A stretch of DNA of 63,097 bases, the filler included, from Octopus bimaculoides (Eukaryota), in assembly GCF_001194135.2 (NCBI RefSeq). It is 7 parts of 7 records of this genome, joined end to end, with 100 filler letters (N's around TTAATTAATTAA, not from the genome) between each part and the next. Parts side by side here need not be neighbours in the genome. Positions count along the whole stretch, not along the records: positions 16,793 to 37,615 come from NC_068999.1; 6 more parts are not named here. One strand, 5' to 3'. The notes below the pieces were generated by a model, which did not search any database, was not told the origin of the DNA, and saw nothing but the letters and a program-made list of their open reading frames with translations. Position numbers and translations under genes: made by a program. This document shows positions 24,343 to 34,689 of this stretch, in pieces. Every line of letters starts with the position of its first letter. Position 1 is the first letter of the stretch.

Positions 24343-27300
24343 TATTATTCTGACAAAAACATTGCTCAATGTCTAGGTTCATTTAGTTGTAAGTAGGTAA
24401 CCTGGAGGTACCCATAAGTATGATCTTTTGTAATTTGATTAATCTGGGGCTGCCAGTGATTTGGTCTACATACTTGTTTGTTCCTCTTGATATCATTCCA
24501 AGTGCCCCAATAATAATAGGTAATATTGTTGCTTTGAGATGCCACATTCTTCCAATTTCAATCTCCTGGTCCTTATTTTTCTGCAGTTTTCTTTTTAAGT
24601 TTCCAGAGATGTGCTCTTTTTGACTAGGGTTACAACATCAATCAGAAGATAAGTCTTTTCAATTTGATTTTTCACAATGAGATCAGGTCAGTTATTATAA
24701 ACTCAATCATTATAAACACTGAAACTCCAAAGGATGGTATTGGCATTCCAAGCAATTGTGGTTCCCACCAGTTGTTTTTGTGAGGGAGTTTGTATGGGTG
24801 GCACATTGACCAGTGTATGTACTGAGTTGCAAGTATATTGTTGGTCCCAGTCTGCTGCACCCAAAATTATGCTGTTGATTGTCTCACATGTGTGGCATGA
24901 TGAGTTGCTTTCATATCTTAGGACATTACTCCCGTAATTCCTAGTTGGAAGGAACTGGTCCTGAGCAGCAATGATACACTCTTCAGTTTCTGGTTTGAAA
25001 CTGGAGTATGGCAACCACAGATGAGTAAGGACTTAATCTACATCAGTGTCCCTGATTCTAGCTGGGTATTTGCCATGCTGTGGCCTTTGCCCCTTTTTCT
25101 CCTTAAAATATTGGAGACTGGTTTATTTGCTGTAGCCCATCTTTTATACCAAGACAAAATATGTACATGATAACACTTCCAATAAATTAAGATAAGAGAT
25201 GATTTATATTTTTATCAAACATTTTATAGCCATATTGTACATCATTGAGCAATTTCAAGAGAGGTATTAAGGCTAAACAAAAGAGGAGTGGTCATAAATA
25301 ATCACCCTGGAAAATGCCACATGAAATTCATACATCTTCAGCATTGAGACATTCATTGTCACTGTTCAAAGTTAGTGTGGTTCTCTGTGATCTCATACTT
25401 ATAGATAAGAATTTTGCAGACATTTCTTGATCCATCTATGTGATAGACTATCAAAAGCTTTTTATAGTCTACCCAGGCTATGACAAGATTTTGTGTCGTT
25501 TGTGACAATCTTCTAAGATCATCTTAATGATGAGTAGCTGATCTTTACAACCATAGGACCCACGTTTACATCATTTTTGCTCATTAGGGAATATTCCACT
25601 TTTTATTAAAAAAAACTATAGGTATATTCAATCAAGACAGATGTTAGTATTTTATACATTGTCGTTAAGCAGGTTATGGGTCTGTAATTTTTTGGTTCAT
25701 TTGTTTCTTCATTTTTTTGGAAGTAGGAATGTTACACCATTAACTAGCCAAGAGGGCATCAAACTAGGATTTTGCAAAACATCATTGTAAAGTTTTGTTA
25801 GCAGTTCATGATTCTCAGGGAAGGCATTTAACCAGAAGTTAGGATTTTATCCTTTCTTGGAGACTTCCATTTGCTTGACCTCCTGAAAGCAGATCTTACA
25901 CCCTCTATCTTGATGCCCTCCCACTTTTGCTCTTCTAAGGAGTCTAAGTCAGTAGACATTCTATCAATCTAAGGAGCCTTTTCATTGTGTGTTTTTTCTT
26001 CTGCCCAAATTTTAATCCAAAATTCCTGCACTTCTTTTGATGGGACAGACTTTACTATAACTGGTATTTTCCCTGTAAAATTTTTGGGTTAATTTTGAAC
26101 ATGTTATTAAGGCTAGACAAAAGAGGAGTGGTTATAGAGAGTCACCCTGGAAAATGCCACATGAAATTCATACATCTCCAGCATTGAGGCATTCATTGTC
26201 ACTGTTCAAAGTCAGTGTGGTTCTCCATAATTTCATGCTTACAGACAAGAAGTTTATATATTTCCAGACATTTTTTAAACATCTATGTGGTTGACTATCA
26301 AAAGCTTTTTTATAGTCTACCCTGGCTTCCTTGAAGAATCTAACGTGCTTTTTCATATCTTGCTATGTGAGCAGCTTTAGCACATACCTTTTACTCGATA
26401 GTTTCTATGGTGGTATCGATGTCAAGTATGGTTTTCATATTATATGCTCTGTCCTCTTCCTACTGAAATTATATCCTTAAGTGCAAGGCGGATTTTACCA
26501 ATTACTTTCAGGTTTTGGTTAGAGTTGCAAATTTTTTGGAGAGTGTCATGTCCATTCATACTGGTTTCTTTCATTTTCAGCCATTCAATCATGATTTGAT
26601 TTTTTTAGATCATCTAGTTCAGTTGGGTCAATTTCTGTGTGACTTTCTTCATCTATTTGATTTTCATCTGCCTTGGTGTTTTTGGTTGGTTCAGAGAGTA
26701 TTTCATTTTGCTTATCAGTTACATTAACTCTTTCTATCATTACTGCATTTTCATCAGATCTGGGCTGGTCTATAATTATTTCCTCTGTAGTATCTTCTTT
26801 GTTGTTGATAGATTTATCTCCGGGCATAGTTTTTTGTTGTGTTTTTAAACTTATGAATTGTTCGCTCTGTGTTAGTTTGAAAAATAGAAATTGTGTTGTT
26901 AATTTTTTCTTTTTATTTTTTTGCTTCATTTGTGACACATGCTTTCATAAGCGTATATGTGTGTCCTGTAAATTTCATGTAGTTGTGTAAACATTGGGAT
27001 GTATGTGTAGTCCTATGGGCATTAAAATGTATATATGATTGTGTAGGCATTTGAGTGAATGCGTAATTAATCAATTTGCATACTTACTGTTTTGTTCCAC
27101 TTATATTTTATGATTTGTAAACTTTCCAATGTTGATTTTGCATGTGTCTTTCACACTGAGACATCGTGCATGGGAGAAACTTTGCTTTGTATGGCAGTAA
27201 AATTTCGTCTTTGTGATTATTTTCATTAAAAGGCTGCTTCTTTCAAGTCTTCCACAGGTTCCTTTATCCCATTCTACTGAAGTTATTAGATTAGATTTGC

Positions 27301-27355
27301 TTTTGAAATGGGAGCCCCATGTAACACATCCATGTTGTTATTCAGTGCAGAGCTC

Positions 27356-27357
<2 letters not shown>
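24343..27357 (-). mobile_element. R4/Dong-type non-LTR retrotransposon (RT plus restriction-like endonuclease), decayed and rearranged
   Basis: N-terminal KAAHIARYEKHVRFF, RT DYKKAFDS and GIFQGDSL(S/T)PLLFCLAL, KPETEECIIAAQDQFLPTRNY, C-terminal DQEIEIGRMWHLKATILPIIIGALG. (TTA)n abuts at 27357-27391. Confidence 0.85.
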
Positions 27358-27391
<34 letters not shown>

Positions 27392-28128
27392 TGTGAGTAA
27401 ATGTGCACACCATATCTTAGTTGCCTTTGCTATTCTGATGTAACATAACAAGAGCAAATATGTTATAGTAAACTCCCTTTCAAAGCCATATATAAATGCC
27501 TTGGAAAACTGTTTCCTACATTATTTTTCCCCTTAAATATTTCAAAATTCAATGCTCTAAACATTCAGTCTTTCAAGCTTTTAATATTCTGATTTTTAGA
27601 TCATTTGAATTTGATCTTCTGTTTTTTGTTTGGGTTTTTATGATCGGCACCCATCTCACATCTGTTGAATTTTGCAGAAGCTAAAGATAAATACATGGAT
27701 CATTGTGATTCAGACACAGACCGATTGGCTTTATAAATGTTGGCATCAAGTGGAATTGTTTGATAATTAATTATTGAACACATTGTCAATAACTAAATGT
27801 CATCTGAACACATGTTCACTAGATATGTGTATACTGAACAGATGTTCACAAAACAATATATCCTCTATGCAAAGGTTCATCAAGCATACATTCACTAATC
27901 ATATGATTTTCAGGATATATATATACAAGAATAAACCAACAGCTATTGATGAATTGTAGAGATATCTCCCGACAAATGTATCTTCTACATTCTTATAGAA
28001 CTGACCTAACTCATTGTGAAATATAAGTGTCTACTTCATAGACATCACATTAAGAGTTACACTAAATACACCCTGACAATCTTTAGCAACAGAATTACTT
28101 AAAATATTCTTTATCCAAAAATATTATA

Positions 28129-28798
28129 TATTGGGTTGGCAACTAAGTTCCCGCTGTTTTTTTAAATTTCGGAATTTATTACATTGTTAAATTTTGGAAT
28201 CTATCTTTTTCGAGAATTCTAGTTTTGAATCATTTTGGAATCTATTTTGTTTTTTTTTTTTCTAGTTAATTTTAGTTAATTTTTGTTTATTTTCAGATCA
28301 TTAAAATGGAATGTCAAGTTAAGAAAAATGAGCATTTTCGACACCTCCTTCTTTTTGCTTTTAATCAAAGTTCTAAGGTCACAAAAGCTGCTCGTGACAT
28401 TTGTGCTGTGTATGGAGAGGGTGCCATAGCTGAAAGAACCGCTCATGATTGGTATGCCAAGTTCAAAGATGGAAATTTTGACGTCAAAGACGCACCTCAT
28501 TCTGGCCGTCCTGATTTAGCACCAATGGATTTCCACCTCTTTTGATCTCTTTCAAATGCTATGCACAGAGTTTCGTTCAGTACTGATGCAGAATTGAGAG
28601 CTTGGTTGGATCAATTTTTTGAGTCAAAATCAGGTGATTTCTACCAACGAGGTATTGAAAATCTTGTTGAACATTGAAAAGAAGTTATAAACAACAAGGG
28701 TGAATACATTATTGATTAATTAGTAGTTATTTTTTATTAAACCTTTAAAAAAATTTTGATTTTTTTAAAATGGCAGGAACTTAGTTGCCAACCCAATA
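28129..28798 (+). mobile_element. Internally deleted mariner (670 bp) with near-perfect TIRs
   Basis: TATTGGGTTGGCAACTAAGTTCC / GGAACTTAGTTGCCAACCCAATA. Coding remnant MECQVKKNEHFRHLL...SGRP fused in frame to DLAPMDFHLF and the C-terminus (…NKGEYIID*). Confidence 0.95.
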
Positions 28799-29264
28799 GA
28801 ATATTTAATAACAGATTAGCCCAGAGAATATTTTATTTTCAGATCCCAGAGCAAGCTATGCAATGTTTTTTTTTTGTTTTTTTGTTTTTTTGCCATCAGT
28901 CAAATGGGTCACATAACATAGGTCATAATGTCAGCACTTGAAGAATTTGTTTCTCTGTTATGTTTTGGGGAAAGATAGCATTGTGAGGTACATTCCTTAC
29001 TTAATTATGGATGGATATGAACTCAAGATTCCAAACTAACAAAGCACTCGTAAATTACACTATTATCCCTCTGATGATGAGTTGTAGATTCCTATGGTAC
29101 ATATTTACAAATAAATTAACTGAGTACAATATATCCTAAGCTACAGCTTAGTCAAAACTTGTCAAAGCTATATGTATGGCTCTATGAAACCAAACAGTAA
29201 AAAAAATCATTTTTTTACTGTTTGGTAAAAACAAAAGATTTTTTTTTTTACCAAAAACAATCTT

Positions 29265-29376
29265 TGGTGATACATTTATGTCATACTATACCATCAGAGA
29301 TCTGTTAATGTGACATTGTGCTGTCACAGTTGGTAACATATGTATATCAGGCTCTACATATGTAGAGCCTGATATA
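29265..29376. repeat. 93-bp inverted copy of 31890-31982 ending in a perfect 34-bp palindrome (29343-29376)
   Basis: Manual alignment gives 4 mismatches in 93 bp. TATATCAGGCTCTACATATGTAGAGCCTGATATA is its own reverse complement. Confidence 0.92.
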
Positions 29377-29640
29377 TTAGGCAAAGTCTGTCATTTCTGA
29401 TATCAGGGTGACACAGCTCATGCAGCTATGCTTCATTGTGCCATGCTTGGCATAATTCAAAGTTCATTTTACTGAATCATAATATAATGTACCCTGTTTA
29501 CATTGTATTATATATTCTACCCACATCATGAGTTCAATATGCACTACACATCACATGCCTTTAAATGTAATCTCACTACCTAAATAAACTCTATCCTAGA
29601 TAAAGAAATAACATTAGCTTTATTACCTCTTTATTTACAG

Positions 29641-29833
29641 ATTGCTGAGGTATATTACGAAAGAGAGCTAAAAGCTTTCTTCCAGAAAATTCAACATCAA
29701 AATTTACCATTTATTAAAATTAAACATTGTTTTCTGTGTGATGGATGTTTTGAACTATTATTTCAAACTGTCCCACTGTTTAAAGCATTAAAAATCTTAT
29801 GGTTTAATATCACAAATTGTTCACCAGGAAAAG
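29641..29833 (+). CDS. Host exon encoding a ribonuclease-inhibitor-like leucine-rich repeat (NLR-like LRR region possible)
   Basis: Pyrimidine tract + TTACAG acceptor; open frame IAEVYYERELKAFFQKIQHQNLPFIKIKHCFLCDGCFELLFQTVPLFKALKILWFNITNCSPGK fits LxxLxLxxCxLxDxxxxxLxxxLxxxxxLxxLxL with 28-aa spacing. End assumed at AAAAG/GCAATT (GC donor); otherwise the frame stops at ~29862. Confidence 0.6.
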
Positions 29834-30267
29834 GCAATTACTTTAATGCTGCACAGTTTTGATTGGATTGGCGTGGATGGAAGGAGAGTATGAGGTGAAG
29901 ATTGGCAGATACAAAAACAATGCTAACGTTTTTAAAATGCTAAATATATGTTTGATGAGTAAAAGTATTAAAATCAGAGAACAACTGCAACTCCTCCTTC
30001 TTGCTGCTTTCCACCCCACCACCACCACCACCACCATAAAAAGAGAAAAAGTTACAAAAATTTAATGAATTTTACAAAAAATTAAATTAAGAAAACTAAA
30101 AGGAAAACAGTAATAATATTGAAATGCAGAAAGCTTTCCATTCAATCATTGTTATTCCAGTCAATACAAGATTGTTTCTTTACCAATTCTTCTTGTTTAA
30201 ACATCTCAACATAGCCTCAAGAAATATGGGAGAAATATCCTAATAGCAGCAGCAAAACCATGATTAA

Positions 30268-30315
<48 letters not shown>

Positions 30316-30719
30316 TGCTGATGGTGGTGGTGGTAGTAGTAGTAGTAGTAGATAACAATAATAATATGAATAAGAACAACAATGACAATAACATTAATAG
30401 AAGTAATTAAGGAATACCATTTAATAGAAGCAGTTAAGGAAATAGGAAACATAAGAAATTGTACTTCAATTGTAATGAGTCTCATAAATAAAGAAGTGGC
30501 TAGAGGAGGAGGAGGACTGAAAGAATTCTCAAGGAGGAAAGAATATGCAAAAAATATATATTGTAATTGTGGATGTATTTAAGTGACCTCCCTTGCGATT
30601 TGTGATGGAATAATATGAAAAGGGTACAAAGGGTACATTTTGACATTTTGTGTCACAAAGACATGTCTCAGCACCAAACAAGTGACAAGCCTTATGATAT
30701 GATGATGCATAGGCAAGAA

Positions 30720-32380
30720 TGACAGGTCTGTGTGACATTGATGTGTCAGCAAAAGTCTCTACAAAAAATATGTATAAGTAATGTGACACCAAGTCACCAG
30801 TGGGAATACAGTATCACATTAACGTATAAACGACATCACTAATAATATTAGAGTGTAACAACTGAGTCACCACCAGCGACATCAATGTTTTACCAGCAAC
30901 AATACAGCATGGCAACAATGAGTCACCAACAGTCACCTGTGACAATATGACACAAATGTGTCAAAAATAGTCATCAGTGATTTTACAATGTGATATCAAT
31001 GTATTACAAATGTTCACAGTAACAGTACAGCATAACATTATGGTGACAACAACAGTCACCAGTAGCTGTAGGGTGGTGACATCATTGTCTGACCAACAGT
31101 CACAAGTGACAGTATACTGTGATTTTAGTATGTGACCAACAGTCACCAATGCCAGTACACTGTAACATCAATGTGTGATCAGTAGTTGCCAGTGAGAGTA
31201 CAGTACAACTAGTGTGGTAACAATACATCACCAACAGTCCTAAGTTAAGTATTATATAACAAGAACTTGTCCTCTACAATCACCAATAACAATTAATGTG
31301 ACATTAGATTGTCTGCAACAGTCACTAGTGAAAGTATGGTGTAACATCAATGTGTCGCCAACAGTCATCAGTGCCAATATATCTGTGACATCATTGTATC
31401 AGCAACAATTACCAATAGCTGTACTGAATGACAACAATGTTTCACCAGCAGTCACCAGTGAACATACAATGTGATATCAAGGTTTCAAACAGTCACCAGT
31501 GCCTGTACAGAATGACATTAGTGTCTCACTAACAGTCAACATACAGTAAAGTATGACATCATTTTGTCACTAGTAGTTACCAGTGACCATACTGTTAGAC
31601 ATTAATGTGGTGTGACCAACAGTTAATACTGAGAGCACAGTGTAACATCATGTGCAACCGACTGTCACTAGTAACAGTACAGTCTCATATTAATGTGTCG
31701 TGAACAGTAACCCATGCCAGTACAGTGTAACATCTGTGTTCTCAAGAGTCACTGTTGAGAGAACAATGTTACATCAATTTGCAGCTAAATGTTGCCAATG
31801 CTAGGATATTGTGGCATCAGTTTGTCACTAACAGTCACCAGTAACAGTATAGTGTGACATTAGTGTATCAACAACAGTCACTGGTTACTGTAGAGCCTGA
31901 TATACATATGTTACCAACTGTGACAGCATAATGTCACATTAACAGGTCTCTGATGGTACAGTATGACGTAAATGTATCACCAATTAGAGTATAGTATGAC
32001 CTGAACATAGAAATGAGAGTACTTTATGAAATCAATGGGCCACCAGTGACATTGGAGTATGTTATCAATGTGTTACCAACATACATGTGTGACACTACTA
32101 TGCAACATGTGTACATTAACAAGTCAGTATTCTGTTCGCCATTGTGTTATGGACAGGCATTAATGACAGAACAGTATGATGTCAGAGACTCACCAATGTT
32201 GACCAGTAACAATAATGTAACATCAATACGACACAAACAGTCAGAAATACATTGCACCTCAATGTGTCACAGGCAGTCACCAGTGACAGTACAGTAGACA
32301 CTGATGTATCACCAACAGTCACCAATGAGAGTACAGTGTGATGTCAATGTGTGACTGTGACCAATAAGAGTAGTGTATCA
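30720..32380. repeat. Degenerate minisatellite, ~43-44-bp unit (approx. CAGTCACCAGTGACAGTACAGTGTGACATCAATGTGTCACCAA), over 30 copies
   Basis: CAGTCACC-type anchors at 31053, 31097, 31140 and onward. Confidence 0.9.
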
Positions 32381-32604
32381 ATTTGACAAGTAATTAGGTT
32401 GATAAATAGATAGATAGATATATAGATAGACTGACGGACAGGCGGACAGACAGACAGACAGATAGATAGATAGATTGAGATCAATACAGTGAAGGCAACA
32501 GCATTAGGTAAACAGATAGATTGACACAAAGGAGATAAAGATGGGTAGACAATTAGATTGTTAGAAATATTGGCAAAAACATATATATATATATATATAC
32601 ATAC

Positions 32605-32666
<62 letters not shown>

Positions 32667-33140
32667 TGAATTATATGTATAAATGAGACAGTGAAAGATG
32701 ACAGAGAGCAGGACATGTAGATTGAAATACAAAAAGACAGAAAAGCAGGTAGAGAGTCAAATAGAGAAAGAAGAAGGTGAAGGCAGTGAGGAAAGAAAGA
32801 TAATCTGGTTATCCTCTTAAGTACTCAGATGAGTCTCAATGCAGGAGGATTATGGAAAATTTATCTATATGTAAAATATTTATGAGATCAAAAGATAGGT
32901 AGATAGATTGGTTGATTGATTGATTGATTTATGCAGAAAGAGAAAGTTAAAGACAGAGGGAAAGGTCAAGGACAGAAGGAGAAAGGCAGAGAGATACAGA
33001 GATATATACTAAAAGAGATGTATATAATGAGAGGTAGTAAATGCAACAACAACATTAACATCAGCAAAGGTGCTTAAATGACAATGAAATGATTGAATAA
33101 TCTCTTGTATATGATAATTTTATTGATCTTGTATGTCCAT

Positions 33141-33435
33141 GAGCATATGGCATAGTGGTTAAGAGCGCAGGCTACTAACCCCAAGATTCCGAGTTCGATT
33201 CCAGGCAGTGACCTGAATAATAATGATAATAATAATAATAATAATAATGATAGCACCATTGAAAAATACCTTAGGAATAAGAACCCTAGTCTGAAATTTC
33301 CCCAAGACACTTCATGAAGGCTGGAGGGTATATCACCCGAAACGTTGTGTTGACAACAAACAAGATGAGGACAAATATCCATCAAATGTAAATAATGTAA
33401 ATAATGTACATAATTCCTCTTCTCTTAAATATAGA
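33141..33435 (+). mobile_element. tRNA-headed SINE-like element with (TAA)n spacer and hammerhead-type 3' part
   Basis: A-box TGGCATAGTGG 33148, B-box GAGTTCGATTCC 33191; ACAC-ttcATGA-A-GGCTG...CACCC-GAAA-CGTT-GTGT at 33307-33350. Confidence 0.7.
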
Positions 33436-33441
33436 ACTGTT

Positions 33442-33595
33442 GGCTTCTTTCAGTTTCTGTCTACCAGATCCACTCACAAGGCTTTGGTCTGCCTGAGGCT
33501 GTAGTAGAAGACACTTGCCCAAGTTGCTATGCAGTAGGACTAAACCCGGAACCATGTGGTTGGGAAGCAAGCTTCTTACCACACAGCCATGCCTA
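33442..33595 (-). mobile_element. SINE family A, 5' half
   Basis: GGCTTCTTTCAGTTTCTGTCTACCAG...GAAGACACTTGCCCAAG...CTTACCACACAGCCA. Confidence 0.9.
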
Positions 33596-33927
33596 TTTGG
33601 CAAATGAGAGATGGAAGATGGAAGTTATGAGAATTTTTTATTAATTACTACAAATATTTCAACCCATCTAACATCGATGCCTCTTGGGTGGGATGCTTGA
33701 CAACAGGTTCAGGAGCATCCATCGATGTAGATGTGTCTCTTCAGGTGGTAATAGATATAACTCATTAAAATAACAGTTCCGCAAGGTATCTTTCAGTTCA
33801 TGTAAAGAAAAGCAGCAAATTAAATGATATAGCTTCATTAATATAGAAGATCAATAATACACACATTTATATACAGAATTTGTACTCATACAGAGGTTCA
33901 TCAATGGGCATTTTGATTTTTCTGTGC

Positions 33928-34252
33928 ATGAGCATTTATCATATTTAGTTGTATATATGGCAGTTTTGATTTCATTTTCCGACATCATTTACCATGTTAG
34001 CTATATCACAATTATTACTACAATCACAATCTGGCCATGTCTGGTGATTTTCATTGTGGTTTACATCTTCTTTCTTGGTATATTGATGTATATTTTTGCT
34101 AGTTTCAGTAGGCGAGTTATTGAACTGTTGTTTCATTTTACTATTATTAATGCATGATAGCAGCAATAATTGCGATATAGCTAACGCTGTAACAACATCG
34201 GAATATGAAGTCAGAACTGCCATAAATACAACTAAATATAATAAATGCTCAT
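33928..34252. repeat. 325-bp fold-back element with ~100-bp imperfect inverted arms (MITE-like)
   Basis: ATGAGCATTTATCATATTTAGTTGTATATATGGCAGTT... versus reverse complement of ...AACTGCCATAAATACAACTAAATATAATAAATGCTCAT. No TSD seen. Confidence 0.85.
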
Positions 34253-34555
34253 ATTCATAATAAATACACATAACCATTAACCTAATTACAAATCATAATT
34301 CACCTTAAGTTATGGAGAAATTAAATTTAGCTCTAATCTCCCCATTCTAATAAACACCAAGTAGCTATTTAATTTGCTATGTGAAGGTATGTGTGCCAAA
34401 TCACACATGTGCGTAAGCTTACATCTTTGTGGATGCTTGCATGAGCGAGGTTGTATGTGCCATACAACCTACATGAAGACGTTTATACATCCATATCCAT
34501 TAACGGCTATATTTAATACTTTTTTTATGTATTGTGCATTCATTTCTTTTTGCAG

Positions 34556-34611
34556 CTGTTATGATGTCTATTGCACTAAACAATACTGAAGACCATTCAG
34601 ACATACTTTAA
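34556..34611 (+). CDS. Possible short terminal exon of the LRR gene ((A)VMMSIALNNTEDHSDIL*)
   Basis: Strong TTTCTTTTTGCAG acceptor and phase-1 compatible with the exon ending at 29833. No homology support. Confidence 0.2.
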
Positions 34612-34689
34612 ATATAAAGTCCTGACTCCCTCAATGAGGATAAAAAAAGAACCAGAATGAAAAAGTGATGAAAAGTTGTAACAACTTCT

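Noticed and set aside
24330-24400. Shared 3' tail between SINE-B and the Dong-type element
   Set aside because: Compared by eye; no similarity found.
29641-29649. 9-nt microexon ATTGCTGAG ending at GAG/GTATAT
   Set aside because: Possible donor, but the frame continues open for 60 more codons with a clean LRR pattern, which favours the longer exon.
30086-30214. Short frame with LRR-like LLFQSIQDCFFTNSSCL
   Set aside because: Stops within a few codons and has no donor; similarity is too weak.
30720-32380. Regularly spaced repeats suggesting a CRISPR array
   Set aside because: Whole units are degenerate copies with no unique spacers, the context is eukaryotic, and there are no cas genes.
33141-33215. 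Apparent tRNA gene
   Set aside because: A/B boxes are present but the acceptor stem cannot pair and the sequence runs into a repeat body; it is a SINE head.
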